Source: Candidatus Kerfeldbacteria bacterium RIFCSPHIGHO2_12_FULL_48_17
GTDB taxonomy: Bacteria > Patescibacteriota > Patescibacteriia > HO2-48-17
Direction of reading: 5' to 3'
Assembly (NCBI GenBank): GCA_001818775.1
Contig: MHKD01000042.1
Location: 41,022-105,021 of the forward strand
Length of the DNA: 64,000 nt
Both the position numbers and the translations under genes were made by a program. Within the stretch, counting starts at the first letter, position 1, and every line of letters starts with the position of its first letter. This document shows, piece after piece, positions 9,025-17,048 of this stretch. Under the pieces are notes generated by a model. The model made no database searches. It saw only the letters and a program-made list of their open reading frames with translations, and was not told where the DNA came from.

Positions 9025-10161
9025 ATGCCAAAAGAAAACAAAGAAAAGAAAAATACAGAAATAAAAATAAAGGAGACGCCCTTTTGGAAAAAATACAGGA
9101 TCGCCATTATTTTTGCGACGCTCGCGATCATCATTGCCGGTACCGGCATCACCTACGCGTACATGAACCAATCCACACCACCGGCGACAGCGAAAAAAGA
9201 AACAAAAAACACCCAGGCGGAAAAAACCACCCCGAGCAACGAACGACACCTCGACGGCAGGCGAGTCGCAATAAAAGATGCCAATAAATATCCGGTGGCT
9301 GTAATGATTGAAAATCTCAGCCCGGTACGGCCCCAAGCCGGACTGGGACAGGCGCAGGTGGTATATGAATCGTTGGTTGAAGGAGGGATAACGCGTTTCA
9401 TGGCCATCTATGACCTCAGTGAAAAAATTGATGAAATCGGCCCGGTGCGGTCAGCCAGACCCTACTACCTCGAATGGGTTTCAGAATATGACGCTCTGTA
9501 CGCGCACGCCGGGGGGAGCCCGGAAGCGCTGCAGGCGATTTCAGGTTTCAATATACATGATCTGAACCAGATCGGCGGGGCACAGGGCTATTACTGGCGA
9601 AGCGACAGCGTCCCGGCTCCACACAACCTTTTTACATCCACGGAGTTACTTACCCGTGCCATAAACGATAACAAACTCGCTGATGTAGAACCGACCTACA
9701 CTCCATGGACATTTACCGATGACCCGGAGGACAACAAAAAAAGCACGGACAAAGAAGTCCAAGCAACTGCAGCCTCGAACATCAGCATTGATTTTTCGAG
9801 CCCTTCCTACAAAGTGGAATATGCCTACGACGCGACCACAAAAGAGTACCTGCGTTCAAACGGCGGCGTACCACACACGGACAAAAACACGGAACAACAA
9901 ATTCGGGCTAAAACGGTGGTGGTTGTCAGCATACCGCCGGTTACTGATGTCGGAGAAAAGGGCAGGATCACCCTGAGTATTCATGGTGGAGGACCGGTGC
10001 GCATTGCCCGTTTTGGCGAAGTGATAACGGGCACGTGGAAAAAAGCCGATCGCACGGCGCGGACGGAATTTTTTGACGCACGTGGGGAAAAAATTGACCT
10101 GGGTCGGGGAAATATCTGGGTGGAAATTGTTCCGGAGGATAAGGGAGTGGAATTTAAGTAA
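9025..10161 (+). CDS. N-terminally membrane-anchored exported protein, paralogue 2 of the tandem pair
   Basis: Same architecture and motif blocks as 7915-9015 (roughly 45-50% identity by eye). Ends 5 nt before the ABC ATPase start. Confidence 0.55.
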   Translation: MPKENKEKKNTEIKIKETPFWKKYRIAIIFATLAIIIAGTGITYAYMNQSTPPATAKKETKNTQAEKTTPSNERHLDGRRVAIKDANKYPVAVMIENLSPVRPQAGLGQAQVVYESLVEGGITRFMAIYDLSEKIDEIGPVRSARPYYLEWVSEYDALYAHAGGSPEALQAISGFNIHDLNQIGGAQGYYWRSDSVPAPHNLFTSTELLTRAINDNKLADVEPTYTPWTFTDDPEDNKKSTDKEVQATAASNISIDFSSPSYKVEYAYDATTKEYLRSNGGVPHTDKNTEQQIRAKTVVVVSIPPVTDVGEKGRITLSIHGGGPVRIARFGEVITGTWKKADRTARTEFFDARGEKIDLGRGNIWVEIVPEDKGVEFK

Positions 10162-10165
10162 TGCC

Positions 10166-10843
10166 ATGGAAGATATACTTACCCTGAAAGACCTAAAAAA
10201 AACATACAACATCGGAAAGTACGGTTCCTTTGATGTACTAAAAAAAATAAACCTGCGCATACGAAAGGGCGAATTCATTGCCATCATGGGTCCTTCCGGC
10301 GCGGGCAAATCAACCCTGCTCCACATGATCGGACTTCTTGACAGGCCGAACAGCGGCGAGGTGGTCATTGATGATCATAATATAGAAGACCTGAGCAACA
10401 GAGAACTCGCCCTCCTCAGGCGGAAAAAAGTAGGTTTTGTTTTTCAGTCGTTCAACCTCATGCCACGCATGACAGCCCTCAACAATGTTCTGCTGCCGGC
10501 GGTATATGCCAAAAAACCACGCCGTGAGCGAATAGAAAGAGCGCAGGAGTTGCTCAAGAAAGTCGGCCTCGAAAACCGAATGCACCATAAATCGAGTGAA
10601 ATGTCAGGCGGCGAAAAACAACGCGTTGCCATCGCCCGAGCGCTCATGAACGATCCTGACATCATACTGGCGGATGAACCGACAGGTAATCTCGACAGCG
10701 CATCCGGAGAGGGAGTGATGAAACTTTTCCACAAACTCCACAAGGAAGGGAAAACCATCATTGCCGTAACACATGACACGAGCATAGCCAAACAGGCGGA
10801 GCGAATTGTTCAGATCAAGGATGGGAAAATTATCAGTAAATAA
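10166..10843 (+). CDS. ABC transporter ATP-binding protein, MacB/LolD/FtsE-type
   Basis: Walker A GPSGAGKST, signature LSGGEKQRVAIARAL, Walker B IILADEPTGNLD. Start moved from the track's 10073 to the Met of MEDILTLKDLKKTY, so that it does not overlap the upstream gene. Confidence 0.9.
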   Translation: MEDILTLKDLKKTYNIGKYGSFDVLKKINLRIRKGEFIAIMGPSGAGKSTLLHMIGLLDRPNSGEVVIDDHNIEDLSNRELALLRRKKVGFVFQSFNLMPRMTALNNVLLPAVYAKKPRRERIERAQELLKKVGLENRMHHKSSEMSGGEKQRVAIARALMNDPDIILADEPTGNLDSASGEGVMKLFHKLHKEGKTIIAVTHDTSIAKQAERIVQIKDGKIISK

Positions 10844-10848
10844 ACGGT

Positions 10849-12099
10849 ATGCTTTTTTGGGAGAATATCAAATTCGCTTTCGGGGCACTCTTTGCGAATA
10901 AAATAAGGACCCTATTAACGATGCTGGGCATAATTATTGGCGTATCTGCGGTAACCATTCTCATCGGCATTGGCGATGGCTTACGCGGCGAGTTCAGTCA
11001 GCAGGTTGAAAGCCTTGGCTCGAATGTACTGGTGGTTACGCCCGGAAAACTTGATGAGAAGAATTTTAATCCGTCAGCATCGTTTGGGGTAAGCACACTC
11101 ACAATCGATGACCTCAACGCCATTCAGGAAAAGGTGCCTTCCATAGAAAAAAGCGCTCCACTTACCCTCCTCTCCGGCACCATTATCTTCAACGGCAAAG
11201 CCGTGGTGAATCTTCTTCCCATCAGCACGACGCAAAATTATTTCAGTATTCTGGAAAACGAACTCGCAGCCGGAAAATATTTTACCGAAGAAACTCTGCA
11301 GAATAAAGAACGGGTTGTGGTGATGGGAGGCAAGGCAGCGGAACAAGTATTTCGCGGCGGAGAAGATGATACCCGCACCGAGGAAGAACTGGCCAGGGAT
11401 GCCATCGAGAAAAAGATAGAACTTATCGGCGAAGAATTTACTGTGATTGGAGTAATGAAGAAAAAAGAAGACGCGTTGAATTTTGGAGGCTCCGACACGA
11501 ACCAGGTGGTTCTTGTTCCGAGAGACACTGCTACGGAAATTACGGGGGAAACCGTCGTGTACCGTATTATAAACAGGGTGAAATCAGCCGAGGACGTTGA
11601 TGCCACCAAACAGGAAGTGCGAGAAACCATCATAGAACAGCATCATGGCATTGAGGATTTTACCGTACTGACACAGGACGATGTTCTCAGCGTATTTAAC
11701 AGTTTTTTCAACCTGCTTTCTCAGGCCATTATCGGGATTGCTGCCATCTCACTCATCGTGGGCGGCATAGGCATCATGAACATCATGCTCGTATCCGTAA
11801 CCGAACGGACACGGGAAATCGGACTACGAAAAGCGATCGGCGCGAGCGGTGGCAACATCATGTTTCAATTCCTCGTTGAGGCCAGCGCGATAAGCGTGGT
11901 TGGCGGATCGGTTGGAGTTGGACTTTCACTCCTCTCCGGGCCACTCATAACAAAATTCTTTGATATACCAACAAAAATCACGTGGGAAGCTATCATCATA
12001 GCTTTTGGGATTTCCGTATTGACGGGAATACTATTCGGGATTATGCCGGCATCAAAAGCGGCAAGAAAAAGTCCGATCGAAGCATTACGCTATGAGTGA
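10849..12099 (+). CDS. ABC transporter permease, MacB/FtsX-like, with a large periplasmic domain
   Basis: N-terminal TM, ~250-aa extracytoplasmic domain, then a C-terminal FtsX-type 3-TM bundle (RTREIGLRKAIGASGGNIMFQFLVEA). Adjacent to the MacB-type ATPase. Confidence 0.85.
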   Translation: MLFWENIKFAFGALFANKIRTLLTMLGIIIGVSAVTILIGIGDGLRGEFSQQVESLGSNVLVVTPGKLDEKNFNPSASFGVSTLTIDDLNAIQEKVPSIEKSAPLTLLSGTIIFNGKAVVNLLPISTTQNYFSILENELAAGKYFTEETLQNKERVVVMGGKAAEQVFRGGEDDTRTEEELARDAIEKKIELIGEEFTVIGVMKKKEDALNFGGSDTNQVVLVPRDTATEITGETVVYRIINRVKSAEDVDATKQEVRETIIEQHHGIEDFTVLTQDDVLSVFNSFFNLLSQAIIGIAAISLIVGGIGIMNIMLVSVTERTREIGLRKAIGASGGNIMFQFLVEASAISVVGGSVGVGLSLLSGPLITKFFDIPTKITWEAIIIAFGISVLTGILFGIMPASKAARKSPIEALRYE

Positions 12100-12529
12100 A
12101 AATAAAAGAAAAACCGAAACTCCCCTGCAAAATTTCAACCTCCCACTGGTGAAAATCCTCACAACACTCACGTACTTCTTGGGCGTAATAGCGCCGGTAT
12201 ACTTTATTCTGTGGTTTTCCACCACCAGAAATCTTCGTACAGGAATCCCGTTTTTCGGTATCCAAAAATTTTTACTCGTCACGTCAATACTCACTTCGTT
12301 CATCATTGCGATAATCGTTTACGCAAACACCAGAAAACATCAGTCAAAAAAAGAGGATTTTAAAAAACTTCTGGACGAAAAAATCATTCCCGATAACCTA
12401 ACTCAAGAGTATGTTTGGCGAAGGTACCATATACTCATCAAACTGTACATTGGGTTGAGTATCTTTTTTTGGGGAAGCGTGTATCTTATCAGCGCCTGGA
12501 TAAGCACCATCATTAGACCACTGGTATAA
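12092..12529 (+). CDS. Small polytopic membrane protein, hypothetical
   Basis: Four predicted TM helices. Overlaps its neighbours by 8 nt upstream and 1 nt downstream. Confidence 0.4.
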   Translation: MSENKRKTETPLQNFNLPLVKILTTLTYFLGVIAPVYFILWFSTTRNLRTGIPFFGIQKFLLVTSILTSFIIAIIVYANTRKHQSKKEDFKKLLDEKIIPDNLTQEYVWRRYHILIKLYIGLSIFFWGSVYLISAWISTIIRPLV

Positions 12530-13683
12530 TGTCCACACAAAAACAAAAAAATTTCAACAGTGCGGTTGCTTTACTCGTCGGCACCGCTGTCGGAGCCGGA
12601 ATTTTCGGTTTACCGTACGCAATACAACAGGCGGGCTTTGGCATAGGCATAATAGAGTTGCTTGTGCTCGGGGGGATACTCCTCTTGGTCAATTTAGCGT
12701 ACGGTGAAATTATTCTCAGAACACCGCAAAAAAAACAACTCATTGGCTACGCGGAGTTGTACCTGGGAAAACCGGGAAAATACGCCAGCCTGCTAGCACT
12801 TTTCCTCGGAATCTATGGAGCGCTCATTGCCTACACCATTGAAGTCGGTACCTTCCTTCATGCCCTGCTCGCAAAAAACATCGGGGGAACACCAATGATG
12901 TACAGTTTGTCTTTTTTTACCGTAATGGCGATCATTCTGTTCCTGGGAATAAAAGTGGTGACCGGCGTCGAAAAAATCATGGTTATGCTGATATTTATAG
13001 TAGTAGCCGGTATTCTCCTGCTTGGTATACCGCACATCGACATGAGTAATTTCATGGGCGCCCATCCGGAGAAGGCGTTTATTCCCTTTGGTGTGATACT
13101 GTTTGCGCTGGCCGCCGGCGCAGCGATACCGACGATGCGGGAAGTGCTCGACAGAGACGCCAAAAAGCTGAAAAAGGCCATTTTTGTAGGCTCCTTGATA
13201 CCGTTCTTGCTTTACCTCGGATTTACGGTTATTGTATTGGGTGTTACCGGGCCAGATACAACCGAAAGCGCTGTTTTGGGCCTTGGAAAATATTTAGGCG
13301 AGTACATTCTCTTTTCCGGAGCGATTTTCGGTATTCTTGCCATGACGACATCCTTTGTATCGCTTGCTTTCGTACTTAGCGACTCATACCAGCGGGATCT
13401 GGGACTAAAGAAGAATACGGCCAAAGTTTTTGTACTGGTATTACCGCTCATGATGGTGCTCCTCAAGGCATTCACATTTATACAGATTATTGGCATTGGA
13501 GGCGCCATACTTGGGGGCACGGAAGGAATCATCGTACTCATGATTCATAAGAGGGCAAAACGGCTCGGTAAGCGCCAGCCGGAATACAGTATACAATGGC
13601 CCCGTCTTGTAAGCATCGGCCTTGTTTCCATCTTTATTCTGGGAATTATCTATCAAATAGGCGCATTTACGGGTCTTCTATAA
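12529..13683 (+). CDS. Amino-acid permease-like transporter (APC/aromatic amino-acid permease superfamily), 11-12 TM
   Basis: N-terminal GTAVGAGIFGLPYAIQQAG motif, typical of Trp/Tyr-permease and amino-acid transporter families. Polytopic throughout. Confidence 0.55.
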   Translation: MSTQKQKNFNSAVALLVGTAVGAGIFGLPYAIQQAGFGIGIIELLVLGGILLLVNLAYGEIILRTPQKKQLIGYAELYLGKPGKYASLLALFLGIYGALIAYTIEVGTFLHALLAKNIGGTPMMYSLSFFTVMAIILFLGIKVVTGVEKIMVMLIFIVVAGILLLGIPHIDMSNFMGAHPEKAFIPFGVILFALAAGAAIPTMREVLDRDAKKLKKAIFVGSLIPFLLYLGFTVIVLGVTGPDTTESAVLGLGKYLGEYILFSGAIFGILAMTTSFVSLAFVLSDSYQRDLGLKKNTAKVFVLVLPLMMVLLKAFTFIQIIGIGGAILGGTEGIIVLMIHKRAKRLGKRQPEYSIQWPRLVSIGLVSIFILGIIYQIGAFTGLL

Positions 13684-13687
13684 AAAC

Positions 13688-15184
13688 ATGACAACGCTGC
13701 CAAAAAGTGACTTCCGGAAATACCGCGTCCTTGAAATGCTGCCTGGCATACTCGTCTGGGCGACACTGATACTCAGTACGCTACTCTCTTTTATCAGGCC
13801 CTTATGGGTGATAATTTTTATTATACTTTTTGATCTCTATTGGTTATTGAAAGTTTTTTATCTTTCAACGTTCCTGATTATTTCCTACCGTCGCCTCAAG
13901 GCAACGGTAAAAAAAGATTGGTTCACTATCGTAAAAAAACACCCGGGTTTTACAGATATCGTACACCTTGTTATATTTCCGACATACGGAGAAAATTTCA
14001 CCATCATCGACAGCACTTTCCAGAGACTTTTGCAGAGTAATTTTCCTTTGGAAAAATGCATTATCGTGGTTGCCACCGAAGCAGCTGACAGGAGAGAAGG
14101 GGAACCGACGGCCAAAAAAATTCAGAAAAAGTATGAAAAGCACTTCAAAAAATTCATTATCACCAAACACGTACTCGATAAAAAAACGGAAATACAAAGT
14201 AAGGGATCGAACATAGCGCACGCCGGTCAGGAAGCAAAAAAATACATCGACGCTCAAAAAATACCCTACGAGAATATCGTGGTTTCTGTATTCGATATTG
14301 ACACCCAGGTGCATCGTGAATACCTCAGCTATCTGTCGCACACCTATCTCAATCACCCCAACCCTACGCGTTCAAGCTATCAACCCGTTCCGGTCTTCCA
14401 TAACAACATTTGGGATGCTCCGGCCATCGTTCGCGTGGCTTCATACGGCACAACCTTCTGGCTCATGGGCGAGCAGATCCGACCGGAAAAACTTTTCACC
14501 TTCTCCTCGCACAGCATGAGCTTTCAGGCCCTTGTTGACGTTGGTTTCTGGTCAAAAGACGTTGTTTCAGAAGACTCACGAATCTTCATTCAATGCCTGC
14601 TGGAATACGACGGGGATTACACACTCACGCCGCTCTATATTCCCGTCTCCATGGACAGTGTTCTCAGTAAAACACGCATCGGTACCCTGGCGGCACTCTA
14701 CAAACAGCAAAGACGCTGGGCATGGGGATGCGAGAACATACCGTTCATGCTCTGGAACTTCACAAAGAACAAAACCATGCCATTCCGTCAAAAATTCCGC
14801 TATGTATTCACGCAAATCGAAGGTATGCACTCATGGGCCACGGCGGCGCTCATCATCACGGTCATAGGCCGACTGCCGCTTTGGTTCGCCGGAGAAACCA
14901 TACAGACCAGCGTTCTCTTTCAAAACACGCCACAGCTCCTCAACTGGATGATGAACTTCGCCCTGATTGGACTTATTTTATCCGTCATCTTCAGCACCGC
15001 CCTCTTACCACCGATCCCCAAAAAGCACGCAAAAATGAAATATATAACGATCATTCTGCAATGGGTACTGCTGCCGGTATCCCTCATTATCTTCGGCGCC
15101 ATTCCGGCGATCGAAGCGCAAACAAGACTCCTAATCGGAAAATACCTGGGCTTTACGGTCACCGAAAAAACACGCAAAGAATAA
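13688..15184 (+). CDS. Processive family-2 glycosyltransferase (cellulose/chitin/hyaluronan-synthase-like), membrane-integrated
   Basis: Two N-terminal TMs. Cytoplasmic GT-A domain with DxD (VFDIDT), a TED-like SEDSR motif and the hallmark QxxRW (YKQQRRWAWG). C-terminal TM bundle. Confidence 0.8.
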   Translation: MTTLPKSDFRKYRVLEMLPGILVWATLILSTLLSFIRPLWVIIFIILFDLYWLLKVFYLSTFLIISYRRLKATVKKDWFTIVKKHPGFTDIVHLVIFPTYGENFTIIDSTFQRLLQSNFPLEKCIIVVATEAADRREGEPTAKKIQKKYEKHFKKFIITKHVLDKKTEIQSKGSNIAHAGQEAKKYIDAQKIPYENIVVSVFDIDTQVHREYLSYLSHTYLNHPNPTRSSYQPVPVFHNNIWDAPAIVRVASYGTTFWLMGEQIRPEKLFTFSSHSMSFQALVDVGFWSKDVVSEDSRIFIQCLLEYDGDYTLTPLYIPVSMDSVLSKTRIGTLAALYKQQRRWAWGCENIPFMLWNFTKNKTMPFRQKFRYVFTQIEGMHSWATAALIITVIGRLPLWFAGETIQTSVLFQNTPQLLNWMMNFALIGLILSVIFSTALLPPIPKKHAKMKYITIILQWVLLPVSLIIFGAIPAIEAQTRLLIGKYLGFTVTEKTRKE

Positions 15185-15186
15185 AT

Positions 15187-15957
15187 ATGTCAGATCAGAA
15201 AACACCAAAAATTTCCGTCGTTATTCCGGCATATAATGAAGTCAAAAAAATCAGGCGATGTCTTACGGCTCTGCAAAAACAAAGCATAAGAGACCCCTAC
15301 GAGATTATCGTTGTTGACAATGGCAGCAGTGATGATACGGCGCCAGTTGCCCGCAAGTTTGGTGTTACGGTCCTTGAAGAAAAAACCCGGGGTGTAGCCT
15401 GTGCCCGGCAGAGGGGTTTTCAGGCGGCGCGGGGGGACATAATTGCCAGTACCGATGCCGATACGATCGTTCCCCCTGATTGGCTGCAAACAATACAAAA
15501 CGCCATGGCTGATCCAAAACGCGTCGGTGTCATGGGTACTTTTTTATTCTACGACCGGGGAAAAATATGGAATGGTTTGACAAAAATAATAACACCGGCT
15601 ATCCGCTTCATTGACTGGATCGTTGGTCATGGACAAAATCATTTTATCGGAATGAATTTTGCCGTCAGAAAGGAAGCCTTCAGAAAAAGTGCGGGGTTCA
15701 ACACCAACCTCAAATACGGTGAAGATATCGATCTTGCAAAAAAAATGAAAAAGTACGGCCGAATAGCGTATATAAAAAAAATGAGGGTCCTTACGCACTC
15801 GCGCCGGTATCAGCTCAACCTGGCATTCGCGAAGTATGTGGTGAACTTTATAAAGACAGACATTACCGGAAAACCATTTCGCAATGAGTTACCGAAAATA
15901 GAGGGAAAAAAGGAAGAAAAAATCCGAAAAAACGAAACTCACTCAGACGCTAGATAA
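15187..15957 (+). CDS. Family-2 glycosyltransferase (soluble GT-A)
   Basis: KISVVIPAYNEVKKIRRCL...IIVVDNGSSDDT...TDADT. Track ORF 14722..15957 is over-extended into the upstream gene. True start is the ATG 3 nt after the upstream stop. Confidence 0.85.
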   Translation: MSDQKTPKISVVIPAYNEVKKIRRCLTALQKQSIRDPYEIIVVDNGSSDDTAPVARKFGVTVLEEKTRGVACARQRGFQAARGDIIASTDADTIVPPDWLQTIQNAMADPKRVGVMGTFLFYDRGKIWNGLTKIITPAIRFIDWIVGHGQNHFIGMNFAVRKEAFRKSAGFNTNLKYGEDIDLAKKMKKYGRIAYIKKMRVLTHSRRYQLNLAFAKYVVNFIKTDITGKPFRNELPKIEGKKEEKIRKNETHSDAR

Positions 15958-16915
15958 TATCGACGCCGAAACCCCGTATAAACTCGCTTGCGGACATCAC
16001 TTTCCCGCCGGCGGGTTGTATTTTTTCTATGAGAAGTTGTGTCTGCCGGGCACAGGGAACAACCAGAGCGTCGGACACGTCGGACAGGACACCGGAATCC
16101 TGACTTCCCTGGGCGCGTGCCTGAACAAGTCTTAGGCGCAAACCGTCTTTTTGACGCACATGAAACACTCCTGGCCATAAAGCAAACGCCCGAATTTTTC
16201 GTTCGATCTCGGTCGCCGGTTCGGAAAAATCAACCCGGCCATCTTCCTTTGTGAGAAGCCGACTGTAGGTTGCCTTTGCGTCATCCTGGGGAACCGGGAT
16301 GACTCTCTGGTCAAGGTACTGCGGCAAAACACGGTCAAGATCACGCGCCCCGAGCTCAAAAAGAGTGCGCGATAAAGAAAAAAAGTCTTCCTGCGGGAGC
16401 AGTATATGGCTGCTTTGAGAAAGTATCGGTCCGGTATCCATGCGGACATCCATCTTCATAATGGTTACCCCGGTTGGTGAGGTATTGTGCCACAAAGCAA
16501 ACTGCAAAGGCGACGGCCCCCGCCAGACCGGAAGAAGGGAAGGATGAATATTGAGAAACCCGCTCGGGGGAAGGGACAGTATACCTTCAGGAATAATTTT
16601 TCCGTACGCAGCCGTCACAGCAACATCGGGGGATAATTTTCGCAGAATAGCAGCAACACGGGGATCCTGAAGTTTTTCCGGTTGAAAAACCGGTATGCCG
16701 TGCTGTTCGGCCGAAAGTTTCACCGGAGTTGACCGGAGCGCCTTACCCCGACCCTGAGGTTTATCAGGCTGCGTAAAAACCCCGACGACGGCATACCGGG
16801 GATTTTCAACGAGCACCCGCAAACAAGGTAAAACAAAATCAGGCGTACCGAAAAATACAACCCGAACCGGCTCAATATGGGTCTGTCGCCGAATACGCTT
16901 TCGTGACGAAATCAT
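15950..16915 (-). CDS. fmt: Methionyl-tRNA formyltransferase (Fmt), whose current start codon is supplied by the MITE
   Basis: VRVVFFGTPDFVLPCLRVL...VVGVFTQPDKPQGRGKAL and the C-terminal Fmt domain. The ancestral ATG (17052..17050, overlapping the def stop) is now out of frame. The first in-frame ATG is 16915 inside MITE copy B, giving the N-terminus MISSRKRIRRQT-HIEPV... Confidence 0.85.
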   Translation of the reverse strand: MISSRKRIRRQTHIEPVRVVFFGTPDFVLPCLRVLVENPRYAVVGVFTQPDKPQGRGKALRSTPVKLSAEQHGIPVFQPEKLQDPRVAAILRKLSPDVAVTAAYGKIIPEGILSLPPSGFLNIHPSLLPVWRGPSPLQFALWHNTSPTGVTIMKMDVRMDTGPILSQSSHILLPQEDFFSLSRTLFELGARDLDRVLPQYLDQRVIPVPQDDAKATYSRLLTKEDGRVDFSEPATEIERKIRAFALWPGVFHVRQKDGLRLRLVQARAQGSQDSGVLSDVSDALVVPCARQTQLLIEKIQPAGGKVMSASEFIRGFGVDII

Positions 16916-17039
16916 GGAATTTTGTGACAGAATTGCTGAATAAATTTTGAGGTTTATATGGAATATAAGCCGAAAAATTTTGAAACGGTTCTGGCCAAAA
17001 TTCCATGATTGCAGCAGAAATGGTATTCGGCGACAGACC
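16880..17039 (-). mobile_element. MITE-like element, copy B. Inverted relative to copy A, 158/159 identical, with a 7-bp target-site duplication.
   Basis: Same terminal and sub-terminal inverted repeats as copy A. Flanked by CAATATG direct repeats (16873-16879 and 17040-17046). Inserted 4 bp downstream of the def stop / ancestral fmt start overlap. Confidence 0.8.
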
Positions 17040-17048
17040 CAATATGCG

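Noticed and set aside
10073-10165. N-terminal 31 codons of the ABC ATPase ORF
   Set aside because: They overlap the 3' end of the upstream paralogue gene. The ABC domain starts at the internal Met (MEDILTLKDLKK).
14722-15186. Upstream extension of the GT2 ORF (track start 14722)
   Set aside because: The extension lies entirely inside the C-terminal TM domain of the QxxRW synthase, in another frame. The GT-A domain begins at MSDQKTPKISVVIPAYNE (15187), 3 nt after the upstream stop.
4509-17039. The idea that the 12-kb segment between the MITE copies is itself a composite transposon or has been inverted
   Set aside because: The segment carries core genes (SEDS, rplY, fmt). Each MITE copy has its own matched flanking duplication, so the copies are independent insertions. 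No inter-copy recombination has occurred since they inserted.
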